A stretch of DNA of 27,794 nt from a virus. Lineage: Duplodnaviria; Caudoviricetes. This document shows, piece after piece, positions 8,963 to 17,115 of this stretch. Each line of letters opens with the position of its first letter. The stretch's first letter is position 1. Made by a program: the position numbers and the translations under genes. The stretch covers positions 1-27,794 of the IMG/VR virus record IMGVR_UViG_3300013413_000021. The stretch is one strand, 5' to 3'. Below the pieces are notes generated by a model, which had not been told where the DNA came from, searched no databases, and worked only from the letters and a program-made list of their open reading frames with translations.

Positions 8963-10125
8963 AGGGTTCCTCCTTGCGCTGCGGCGGCTATGATCTTGCC
9001 GGCGGCCTCTGCGACGGTGAGCCCGAGCCTGGAACCGAAGGCGACCAGGTAGCGGCGCACGTCGTCGCTGATCCGGACGGTGACCGAGTCGGCGGTGCCG
9101 GTGAGCAGACGGTCCAGGGGGCTGCGGGTGTCGAAGCGCTTGACCATGACGTGGGTGTAGACCTCGGTGGTCTTGACGTTTTTGTGTCCGAGGTAGTATT
9201 GGACCTTCCGGATGTCGACGCCGTCCTCCAGGAGGTGGGTGGCGAAAGAGTGACGCAGGGTATGGGGGTGGGCCGGCTTGTGGATACCGGCGGCGTGCAC
9301 GGCGGATTTGAACGCCTCCTGGACGGCGGAGACGTGCAGGTGATGGCGGCCTTCTTTGCCGTCCTCTCCCGCATAGCGCTCAAAGGCGGGAAAGAGCCAC
9401 TGCCAGCCGAGGCTTTTGGCGTAGGCGGGGTATTTCTTAGCCAGGGAGTCCGGCATCTCCACGGTGCCCCAGCCGGCGCCTAGATCGGTATCGTGCAGCT
9501 CGGCGACCCGGGCGATCTGCTCCTTGAGCGGGCAGATCAGCGACTCGGGGAGCGGCACCGCGCGGGAGTTACCGTGCTTGGAGTCGTGCAGGATGAGCTG
9601 CCGCGCGCCGAAGTCCACGTCTTTGACGCGCAGCTCTAGGCAGTCCACCTCGACGCGCAGGCCGCAGCCGTACATGAGGGCCGAGGCGAGCCAGTAGACC
9701 CCCTTGAGCCGGGAAAGGATCGCCGCCACCTCCTCGCGGGAGAGCACGCAGGGGAGATGCTTCGACCGCCTGGCCCGGAGGGCGTTGACGTCTCCGACCT
9801 GGATGCGCAGCACGTGCCGGTAGAAGAACAGCAGGGCGTTGAAGGCCACATTCTGGGTGCTGGCGGAGATATTTTTCTTCTCGGCCAGGTAGGTGAGGTA
9901 TTCGCGGATCGCCTCCTCCGCTTGGGAAAGGGAGTGGTTTCTCGCCTTCCAGAGGATGAAATCGACGACATAGGCGAGGTAGGAGCGGCGCGTGGAGGGG
10001 CGGCAGTGGCGCAGGGTGAAGACCTGTTCCAATTGTGCCAGGAGCGGCGCGATCTGGCGGCCTTTCAGTATCTCCTTATCAGAGATCGTCTGTTTGCAAA
10101 TGCCCGGTATGGCGTACGTTTCCAT
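8959..10125 (-). CDS. intI: Integron integrase (IntI-type tyrosine recombinase) with C-terminal extension
   Basis: [22 protein letters not shown], IntI-specific insert [10 protein letters not shown]...[26 protein letters not shown]...TTEVYTHV; AAGGAGG RBS. Confidence 0.92.
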   Translation of the reverse strand: METYAIPGICKQTISDKEILKGRQIAPLLAQLEQVFTLRHCRPSTRRSYLAYVVDFILWKARNHSLSQAEEAIREYLTYLAEKKNISASTQNVAFNALLFFYRHVLRIQVGDVNALRARRSKHLPCVLSREEVAAILSRLKGVYWLASALMYGCGLRVEVDCLELRVKDVDFGARQLILHDSKHGNSRAVPLPESLICPLKEQIARVAELHDTDLGAGWGTVEMPDSLAKKYPAYAKSLGWQWLFPAFERYAGEDGKEGRHHLHVSAVQEAFKSAVHAAGIHKPAHPHTLRHSFATHLLEDGVDIRKVQYYLGHKNVKTTEVYTHVMVKRFDTRSPLDRLLTGTADSVTVRISDDVRRYLVAFGSRLGLTVAEAAGKIIAAAAQGGTL

Positions 10126-10133
10126 GGTTTCCT

Positions 10134-10217
10134 CCTTTGCGAGTTTCCGGCAATTATACCGCCGTGCAGAGTTCGCTTCTTTCCGGCTGGGCCTTTCCGG
10201 CGCCCTTTGCGACTTTC
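10134..10217 (-). promoter_or_regulatory. Putative intI promoter with direct repeats
   Basis: Minus-strand TATAAT at 10153-10158; CCTTTGCGA(G/C)TTTC at 10134 and 10204; TTTCCGGC at 10144, 10180, 10194; no good -35. Confidence 0.5.
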
Positions 10218-10280
10218 ATTGTCGCCTCTCGGCAGAGATCTCGCGCAGTTGCGGTACGCCTGATGCGAGATGCACCGGGA

Positions 10281-10307
10281 GGGTGGCTAGTTATGTAATA
10301 GTTAAAC
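10281..10307 (+). other. attI-like recombination site
   Basis: GGCTAGTTATGTAATA-GTTAAAC: GTTRRRY core at 10301, non-palindromic, ~175 bp upstream of intI, bordering the first cassette. Confidence 0.62.
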
Positions 10308-10475
10308 CAGATTCGGATCTTCATGCAGGGCACAGATGCTGCCTGTCTCAGGGTTACAAGCGCAGCCTGCTCGACCCTTCAGCCTGTCCAATGGCCGCAC
10401 CGCCTCTGCCGCTGGCGGATTGACCGTCTCCACGATCCAGTAATCCGTGAGAACTACCTCGTCTTGGCTGTTCAT
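10302..10475 (-). CDS. Cassette 1 ORF, 57 aa hypothetical with a Cys/His cluster (absent from the ORF track)
   Basis: MNSQDEVVLTDYWIVETV...CACNPETGSICALHEDPNLV; purine-rich RBS; TAA coincides with the GTTAAAC core. Confidence 0.7.
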   Translation of the reverse strand: MNSQDEVVLTDYWIVETVNPPAAEAVRPLDRLKGRAGCACNPETGSICALHEDPNLV

Positions 10476-10494
10476 CCTCTCCCTCCCCTCAATG

Positions 10495-10542
10495 GTTTAA
10501 CCCGCGCTTCCACCCTGCGGGTGACGCGCTGTGCCGTTAACG
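10495..10542 (+). other. attC-like site 1 (48 nt)
   Basis: GTTTAAC-CCGCG-CTTCCACC-CTGCG-GGTGACG-CGCTGTGCC-GTTAACG; extra C in the left L box; GGTTTAAC is the exact complement of GTTAAACC at the cassette start. Confidence 0.68.
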
Positions 10543-10959
10543 AGATTCCACCTGCACCGGTTCCAGATAGCGATACAGTGCCGTGGATCTCTTTTTTCTG
10601 AGCCGTTTTGTTCTCTCGCTGCCTGGCACCCGGCCCCGCTCCCGACGGTATTCGCTCGCCAGAGAAATGAGAAGTTGCCGGTGAAATGTCCGCATCGCAT
10701 ACCCGAGCTGATGAGCGGCATCACGGAAAATGGAGGATACATTGCCGAAAGCCCTTTGAAGTTCGCATTTCTGGCAGGTTGTGTCCTGAGACAGCTTGAT
10801 CTCGCACCCGCAACTGATGCAGGCGTTTTCCCACTCAGGATGTCCGACCAGGGATGCGCGAATGTGAGCAGTGATACGTTGTTCCTCAGCGTACCTATCG
10901 CTAACAACGCCCTGGACACGGGCGCGGAGTGCGCTGATATTTGCCGCTGAAATGGTCAT
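10537..10959 (-). CDS. Cassette 2 ORF, hypothetical zinc-finger protein
   Basis: ATG at 10959 with AAGGAGG; CISC...CQKC; stop in the GTTAAC core at 10536. Confidence 0.7.
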   Translation of the reverse strand: MTISAANISALRARVQGVVSDRYAEEQRITAHIRASLVGHPEWENACISCGCEIKLSQDTTCQKCELQRAFGNVSSIFRDAAHQLGYAMRTFHRQLLISLASEYRRERGRVPGSERTKRLRKKRSTALYRYLEPVQVESR

Positions 10960-10973
10960 GGTTTTTCCTCCTT

Positions 10974-11008
10974 GGCTCACCGCGCTGGTCAGGGCGCAAC
11001 CGTTAAAC
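10974..11008 (+). other. Degenerate or truncated attC-like site 2
   Basis: GGCTCAC-CGCGC...GCGCAACC-GTTAAAC; intact right core, eroded left core, only 35 nt. Confidence 0.4.
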
Positions 11009-11203
11009 CGGGAACAGTCCCGGCTGTTTCTCTGCCTCTTCTCTCGCCTTCCGTGCTTGTTCCTGCTTCTTGCTCATGCCGATGGCTCCATGTTCAGTAC
11101 AGGAACCGAGACGCCGATCATCTACGCGGTGCATGGTATGGCGGCGACAGGTAGGGCACCAGTGCATCACTTGGCTGGTGTTGCGAGTGTAGTGCTGGCT
11201 CAT
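11003..11203 (-). CDS. Cassette 3 ORF b, small zinc-ribbon-like protein
   Basis: MSQHYTRN...WCPTCRRHTMH...CTEH; ATGA overlap with the upstream ORF; stop in GTTAAAC at 11002. Confidence 0.68.
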   Translation of the reverse strand: MSQHYTRNTSQVMHWCPTCRRHTMHRVDDRRLGSCTEHGAIGMSKKQEQARKAREEAEKQPGLFPV

Positions 11204-11739
11204 GGTCGCACCCCCGCATCCAAAGGTCGCACCCAATCATGGTTGTCGGGGTGGCGCGTCAACAACTTCCGCTGCCCCAGATATGTCTCAGCCTGAGAGA
11301 TAAACCCGCGATCATCATCGTTGTCAGGACTCTGCAGGTCATACCATACTGGGCTGCCGGGGCCGTTTTCATGGTGACCAGCGCAGATGCACTCTATGTC
11401 AGAGCGGGCGGCGTGGTAGGCTATCTCGCGTTCCAACTCATTCTGTTTAAACATTCCCTCGACTTGGTGGCAGATCGAGCCGATCACTGTCCCCGCACAA
11501 CCGAGTAGAGTCTCGTCAGACTCAGGAGTGGAAGCGCCAACCAGATTTGCAAGACGGCGCAAGCGCTTGGCGTCAAAATTGTTGGTGCCAACTGCGAAAT
11601 CGAGGTCCTTTCGCAGCTGGTCAATTTCCTCCACGGCATCTGCAATAATGTCGCAGGTTTTGTTGACGTATTGTCTAGTGGACATCTGCGACATGCGCTG
11701 AACCAGTTTCTCAGCTCTTTCTTTGATTGTTGCCATCAT
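11200..11739 (-). CDS. Cassette 3 ORF a, hypothetical phage protein
   Basis: 179 aa; GGAGGGG RBS directly next to the ATTTAAC inverse core. Confidence 0.7.
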   Translation of the reverse strand: MMATIKERAEKLVQRMSQMSTRQYVNKTCDIIADAVEEIDQLRKDLDFAVGTNNFDAKRLRRLANLVGASTPESDETLLGCAGTVIGSICHQVEGMFKQNELEREIAYHAARSDIECICAGHHENGPGSPVWYDLQSPDNDDDRGFISQAETYLGQRKLLTRHPDNHDWVRPLDAGVRP

Positions 11740-11749
11740 CCCCTCCAGG

Positions 11750-11796
11750 ATTTAACCCCTCGCTCGGCCTACCGTCCAGCTCAATTATCGTTACAC
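11750..11796 (+). other. attC-like site 3 (47 nt, weak inner pairing)
   Basis: ATTTAAC-CCCTC-GCTC...TATC-GTTACAC; nearly the same length as site 1; left core is 6/7 complementary to the cassette 3 start. Confidence 0.42.
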
Positions 11797-11825
11797 TCTC
11801 CAACAAATGGCCTGCCAAATCGTTT

Positions 11826-13274
11826 CTATCTCTCTATTACCGGCGGCCGCTCGGCGTAGAGAGCCCAGGCGCGGGTGTAGGCTTCTTCCAACTTGGCGAG
11901 TGCCTTCAGCAGGCGGTCTTCATCCGAGGATTCGAAGAGTAGGTCGATGCTCTTCTCGAGCTGGCGGATGAACTCGACGGCCCGGGGCTTGTTCTCTTCC
12001 AGCCATTCCCAGTTTGTAGAATCCCAACTGGTTTGTATCCGGCTGCGGGTATCCATGATCGCCTGCATCATCTTGTCGTGATCGAATGCCATCGTTGGTG
12101 CCTCCTGTTTCCGCTCTTCTTTTGCTGCGGTCTGCCGAGGCTGCAGGGAGATCGGCAGACCGTCGATGATCCATTGCCTGATGTCCAGGCCTTCCTTCCA
12201 AGCGTCCCCGGGATCCTTGCCTATCGGTACGGGCCAGCGCTCTGAGTGGGGGAAGTGCTTCTGCCACCAGAGGGCATTTTGCCCCCCGGGGTTTTCATAG
12301 CGCCGCGTCTTCTGGTTGACCCTCGGGTCGTAATCGAGCGCGTTGAGGATGCAGACGGCCCGGGTGAAGATCGGGGCGGTATCGGCGTCGGGCCGGATGC
12401 TGCAGGAGGTGAGCGCGACCGGGCAGACCAGGTCACGGGCCAGCCAGTAGATCAAGAGATCGTCGAAGTCGCTCTCCACCACCAGGAAAGCCCTGGCATC
12501 GGGGTTACGTACCACCAGACCCTTGCCGCTTCCTTCCAGGAAGAGGTACTTGGGCGGTTTGTCCTGGCCTTCAGGTACCACCAGGTCCTCGTCGGGTCGA
12601 CGAATCCTGATGCGGTAGATTGATGCGCCGGCAAAGCTTGGGATGATGTAGCCGCGCTGGATAGGGAGGACGGTAACGGACTTCTTTTTTTCCTCGTTCC
12701 ACTTGTTCTCCAACCCCCAGGCGGAGCGTTGTTTGAAGAGGGGACCGACTTTGCCATGGCGAAGCTCGCCGGGGTTCCAGCCGAGGCGGTGTTCCTTCAC
12801 CGCTTCCAGCGACAGCCCGCGTCCGGCGAGGTAGGCGAGGCGATCGGGTGCTGCGAGGAGCTGCTCGTGGGCCCAGTCCACCAGCTCGGACGCCTTCTTC
12901 TGCCAGAGCTCGGCGGGGCTCTCGGCCTTCCTCGGATGCCAGTCGTCGCCCTTCTGTTTCTCCGGAGGCGTGGCACTGCCGCTCTTGCGGCGGCGGGGGG
13001 CAGTGATCCCCTTGCACTTCTCGTAAAACTTGCAGTCGGTAGCACCACAATCCTTGCCTGCCTCCAGGAAGGCATCCTTGCAGCCAAAATTCTCGACCTC
13101 GCGCAACCATTTGACGTAGTCGCCCTTGAAATCGCAGCCCTGGCACTTGAAGATGCCTTTTTTGACCCAGGCGACCAGCCGGCTTCCCCCGCATTTGGGG
13201 CAGTGGCCTTCCCAGGAGTTGTTGCTCTGTTTTTTGAAGCCCGGCTTGCCTTGGATTAGGTCGAAAAAGGTCAT
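11826..13274 (-). CDS. DNA primase (zinc ribbon + TOPRIM)
   Basis: CPKCGG...CQGC, YLAGRGL, LVVESDFD, ALDYD, GKDPGD; likely start MTFFDL at 13274. Confidence 0.85.
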   Translation of the reverse strand: MTFFDLIQGKPGFKKQSNNSWEGHCPKCGGSRLVAWVKKGIFKCQGCDFKGDYVKWLREVENFGCKDAFLEAGKDCGATDCKFYEKCKGITAPRRRKSGSATPPEKQKGDDWHPRKAESPAELWQKKASELVDWAHEQLLAAPDRLAYLAGRGLSLEAVKEHRLGWNPGELRHGKVGPLFKQRSAWGLENKWNEEKKKSVTVLPIQRGYIIPSFAGASIYRIRIRRPDEDLVVPEGQDKPPKYLFLEGSGKGLVVRNPDARAFLVVESDFDDLLIYWLARDLVCPVALTSCSIRPDADTAPIFTRAVCILNALDYDPRVNQKTRRYENPGGQNALWWQKHFPHSERWPVPIGKDPGDAWKEGLDIRQWIIDGLPISLQPRQTAAKEERKQEAPTMAFDHDKMMQAIMDTRSRIQTSWDSTNWEWLEENKPRAVEFIRQLEKSIDLLFESSDEDRLLKALAKLEEAYTRAWALYAERPPVIER

Positions 13275-13287
13275 TTGCTCCGCCCAA

Positions 13288-13584
13288 GATGATATGATGA
13301 TCAAAAAAACGGCTTAAATTTCATCATCATGCTTCTAAGTCGTTGTTTTGTTTTTCTTTTTCTCTTAATTATGATGAAATGATGATATTCCTAGGGTCTG
13401 ACAAAATATTTGAGATGTTTTCAGCGGCTTTTATTGAAGCCGTATTTGGCGGATGATCTCTCTCCCGTATGCGCACCCGCGCAACATCATCATTTCATCA
13501 TGTTCGGGCTATTTCACTCGATATTACAAGGCATTACAAACATGATGATGAAAAAACCGCCGTTTTTAGAATCATCATGTCATC
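13288..13584. repeat. Long symmetric ATGATG-repeat element, probable replication origin
   Basis: Five exact inverted pairs all centred on 13436; AT-rich; intergenic between helicase and primase. Confidence 0.75.
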
Positions 13585-13638
13585 ATCCCCCCCGCCCCCT
13601 CGTCTCCAAGCCCACCAGGAAAACAGGGTTGATCATGT

Positions 13639-15624
13639 CTAGCCGGTAAGTATGCGGATGTCCCGGTAAACCCAGGTCTGACCGCCTCCGTTCTTTGCAT
13701 CGACCCGGTAACCTTTCTTCCGCAGCTGCTCTGCCACGGTCTTGGAGCTGGGGATCTTATCCTTCTTGTCGTTGACGTTCTCCTCGAACCAAGTTTTGAA
13801 GGGGGCGTAGAACTGCTTGAACTGCATCCTTCCCTCGGGATCGATGCCGCCCCCCTTGTAGATCCACTTGCCGGCCGATAGATCGAGCGGGTCGTCTCCG
13901 GGATCGGTGTCGACCTTTGCCTCGTGCATGATGCCGAGGCCGTGCTCGGGATTCTCTGCGGCACGCCGGTTCACCAAGGCGCCGGACTCATAGGCAGTCT
14001 CGGGATTCCATTCCTGCAGGCAGCAGTAGCGCAGGAATTGTTCGAGATAGTCCTCCAGGATCTGCTGGCTCTCCATGTCGGCGCGGAGCTTGGCGGGCAC
14101 TGAGATGCCGTCGCGCTGCGCCAGCAGGGCCCCACGCAATACCCAGAGGAGGATGTATTCCTTCCCCTTGTCGATCTTCTCCTCGAGCTTGTGGTCAATC
14201 GGGCGGAACCATTTGGCGTTATGCGGCTCTTTTTTGCACTCCTCCTCGACATCCTCCACGTACATGTAGGGGAAGTGGAAGAGCACCACGCGCTTTCTCA
14301 TGCTGAAGGATTTGAGCATCCCCTGCGGGATGTTGTTGGTCTGAATCCAGAGGTGCCAGGTCGGGTAGATGTTCTCCTCGGTGCCAAATAGCCCGCGGGC
14401 GTTGATCACGTCGCCGCCGCTAAAATCCTTGACCTTAGCCTCAGCGATGTACCGATGCTTGTCGGTCTCGGCGGCCACCACAAGGCGCATGTAGCGCAGG
14501 GCCATGAGCTCCGGGGAAGGGCCGGCGGTGGAGGGCTGGTTCTTGTTGTCGAGGAGCAGCTCGGCTTTGATCTTCCAGGCGTACTCACCGAGGATCGACT
14601 GGGCGGTGCGGAAGAGAACGCCTTTGCCATTGCGGCCGTCCCCCCAGATGACTGCGATCTTGTGGTGCGAGACGTCACCGGTGAAGGATATTCCGAGGAG
14701 CTTCTGCAGGCAGAGAGTCACCTCCCGATCGGGAGAGCCGTTGGGGAGGGGCTCGACCAGCTGGTCGACGTACGCCTCCCATTCCGGGAACATGAACCCC
14801 TCGCCGGTCTCCAGATAGTGGCGGACCCGCTCCCATCCTAGGTGCTCTGGGTACTGGACCGGGATGCTCCGTAGCAGATAGTCACCGGGGCGGCCCGGAT
14901 GGAGCATCCCGGTACGTTCGTCGATGACGCCGTTCGGGCACGGAAGCAGCAAACGCGGCTGATCGATCTCTTTGCCGGTGATCACCAGGCCGTTCTCGAT
15001 GTGATGCGAGTACCACACGCACTTCTCGGCGCCGGATTTCGAGCGCAGGCGCGAGACGCGGTCGACGTAGGCGTTTTTCTTGCGCTGCAGGCGCTTCAGG
15101 ATGGCGAGCTGCTCCTTTTGCTCGGTCTCGGCCTGCCTCGCCTCCCCTTCGGCCTGGGCAATCTCCACCAGCTCGGGGACTTTAGTCTCCTTCAGCTGCT
15201 TGGCTCGGTCTTTAGCCGCAGTGGCTCGCGTCTGCGCGTCTTCCATGAGTTCCTTGGCGCGGGCGAGAGGCTCGGCTAGGTTCTCCGATGCTCTCAGGTA
15301 GGTGAGTGCCACCTCCTCGACAGCGCGGATGTGCTCGTCCACCTCGTCGACCGCCCAGTGGTGCTCGCGCCAGACCAGCCAAGGGCGGCTCTTTTCGCGG
15401 GCCGAGACATAGACGAAGCGGTCGCGCATCAGGGTAGCGTAGAGGACGCCGTCGCCGCGCTCGTTTTCGTGGAGACAGGCCTCGATGAAGTCGTCATCCA
15501 GCTCCGACTTATCGTCCGGCTCTGCCGGCGGTGGGTTTACCTCGGCCAGGGCGGCCGCTTCCTCCTCTCGGCGGGAGAGGACCTGGGCGCGGATGGATGG
15601 TTCCTGGGAAACGGTTTCAGGCAC
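13639..15624 (-). CDS. D5/P4-family (SF3) helicase
   Basis: D5_N-like LLPCPNGVIDERTG; Walker A GDGRNGKG; AAETD; VKDFSGGDVINARGLF; C-terminal winged-helix-like part. Confidence 0.88.
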   Translation of the reverse strand: MPETVSQEPSIRAQVLSRREEEAAALAEVNPPPAEPDDKSELDDDFIEACLHENERGDGVLYATLMRDRFVYVSAREKSRPWLVWREHHWAVDEVDEHIRAVEEVALTYLRASENLAEPLARAKELMEDAQTRATAAKDRAKQLKETKVPELVEIAQAEGEARQAETEQKEQLAILKRLQRKKNAYVDRVSRLRSKSGAEKCVWYSHHIENGLVITGKEIDQPRLLLPCPNGVIDERTGMLHPGRPGDYLLRSIPVQYPEHLGWERVRHYLETGEGFMFPEWEAYVDQLVEPLPNGSPDREVTLCLQKLLGISFTGDVSHHKIAVIWGDGRNGKGVLFRTAQSILGEYAWKIKAELLLDNKNQPSTAGPSPELMALRYMRLVVAAETDKHRYIAEAKVKDFSGGDVINARGLFGTEENIYPTWHLWIQTNNIPQGMLKSFSMRKRVVLFHFPYMYVEDVEEECKKEPHNAKWFRPIDHKLEEKIDKGKEYILLWVLRGALLAQRDGISVPAKLRADMESQQILEDYLEQFLRYCCLQEWNPETAYESGALVNRRAAENPEHGLGIMHEAKVDTDPGDDPLDLSAGKWIYKGGGIDPEGRMQFKQFYAPFKTWFEENVNDKKDKIPSSKTVAEQLRKKGYRVDAKNGGGQTWVYRDIRILTG

Positions 15625-16015
15625 TCGGGGACTCCGTAGGCTGAAACTTGGCCTGCCAGTTGCGGACGGTATCCTTGTGGACGCTCAGGATGGAGGCAAT
15701 CTGCTCGCGTGGGATCTTGAGTTCGGAAAGGACGGCAAGAAGGTAGACTTCGCGGGGATCGAGTTGAGATGACTGCAGCATCGTGCCGGTGAGCGATGTG
15801 AAGAACCGGCCGCAGCCCTTGCATTCGATCCGCTCGCACTCGTACCAGTGCTCAAGTCTGGTCTCGTCGACCAGCTCTTCCTGGCAATGCGGGCAGCGCT
15901 GGCCAGAAGGGTGCAGTTGGTCGATCACCCACCTGCCGACATTGGCCCAGGACAACGAATCCGCCGAAAACTCCCTGAGGCACTCAGCCGGAGATAAGAC
16001 TTTGGTATTGTTCAC
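15617..16015 (-). CDS. Zinc ribbon + HTH protein resembling the IS1595 transposase N-terminus, without a DDE domain
   Basis: CPHC...ECKGCGRFFTSLTGTMLQSSQL...QIASILSVHKDTVRNW. Confidence 0.7.
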   Translation of the reverse strand: MNNTKVLSPAECLREFSADSLSWANVGRWVIDQLHPSGQRCPHCQEELVDETRLEHWYECERIECKGCGRFFTSLTGTMLQSSQLDPREVYLLAVLSELKIPREQIASILSVHKDTVRNWQAKFQPTESPSA

Positions 16016-16239
16016 TTTTCTGCCCTCCGATCACAAGCCGCCGTAAATTCCGTTTTTCCGGCGAAAACCAAAAATTCAAATGGACGTTTTTGCTGGGGTT
16101 ACAATTACCCGCATCTCCGAACATTCCAGAAGGACCCAAGCCCGCGGTGGTAGTTCCTGCCGGTTCTGGACTTTCGCCCGGTTGCGCCCCATGACGATTA
16201 TTCTCTGGTGCGCATATGAGGGAAGGGGGGACGGGGGAA

Positions 16240-17070
16240 TCATGACGAGGCCCATCCAGCTTTGTAGCCGCCGGTCTTGAGAGCGACATCAACGGCGTTT
16301 CCCATCACTTGTTCCCAATTGGCGGCAATCGTCTGCTGTGCGACCTCATGGAACGGGAAGCGTTTCTTATAGTCCGGCGGACGCGAGACGAAGATCATCA
16401 CCGGGATCACGCCGCGCTTGAGCGCCTTGGCCATCTTCGCTTTGATCTCCGCCTTCTTGACCCCCTTCGGGCGAGTCGCCAGCGCCCGAGCCACCATCAT
16501 CTGACCGTGCGACTTGTCCACTCGCATGTAGACACCGGGCACAAGGCCGTTTACCTTTTGGGTCAGCATGAAGTACTCGGCGTCCTGTCCGGCTCGCATC
16601 CCCTTGGTGCGCTTGGTCTGGTTCGCCTGAAAGCCGACCTCGGCAAACTTATTGAGGCGAGAGAGAATCTGCACAATCTGGCTTCCCTTCATGTTGCCGT
16701 ACTGATCCAACTGCGCGCCTGCACCCGGCACCCAGTAGCGCCCGAGGATCTGCTCAGAACGTTTCATGGGACGCTCACCACCGTCGACCTGTACGGCCAT
16801 GTACTCGTCACCGTTAAACAGCTGGTCGAAGAATATCGAGGCGCCCGGCCGATTCTTATTGCCCAACCATACCCTCATGTTGCGGATCGTCGCCGGTTTG
16901 GGCCGGTCGAATACTTCAACCATTTTCTTCTGCTCTGCATCCCTGACCATGAACGCCATGTCGTTGCACGCCTTGGAGAAGGCGAAGGGGAACTGATCAT
17001 TCGCGAGCAGCTTGAAGTAATCGAGCGTTTCAACCACTCCTTCGACGCGGACATCCACGAAACCGCTCAT
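16240..17070 (-). CDS. Phage protein, possibly neck/tail completion (gpZ-like)
   Basis: GGAGGAGG RBS; QFPFAFSKACNDMA...VFDRP, LDQYGNM, YKKRFPFHEV recall a recurrent lambdoid protein. Confidence 0.6.
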   Translation of the reverse strand: MSGFVDVRVEGVVETLDYFKLLANDQFPFAFSKACNDMAFMVRDAEQKKMVEVFDRPKPATIRNMRVWLGNKNRPGASIFFDQLFNGDEYMAVQVDGGERPMKRSEQILGRYWVPGAGAQLDQYGNMKGSQIVQILSRLNKFAEVGFQANQTKRTKGMRAGQDAEYFMLTQKVNGLVPGVYMRVDKSHGQMMVARALATRPKGVKKAEIKAKMAKALKRGVIPVMIFVSRPPDYKKRFPFHEVAQQTIAANWEQVMGNAVDVALKTGGYKAGWASS

Positions 17071-17115
17071 TGCACCTCCTCCAACAGGCATAAAAGCCTT
17101 GCCTTGCACCTGCCC

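Noticed and set aside
13288-13584. CRISPR array or coding region
   Set aside because: The repeats are inverted and nested, not direct repeats with spacers; the overlapping ORFs are low-complexity.
15617-16015. Active IS1595 element
   Set aside because: No DDE domain, terminal inverted repeats or target duplication seen.
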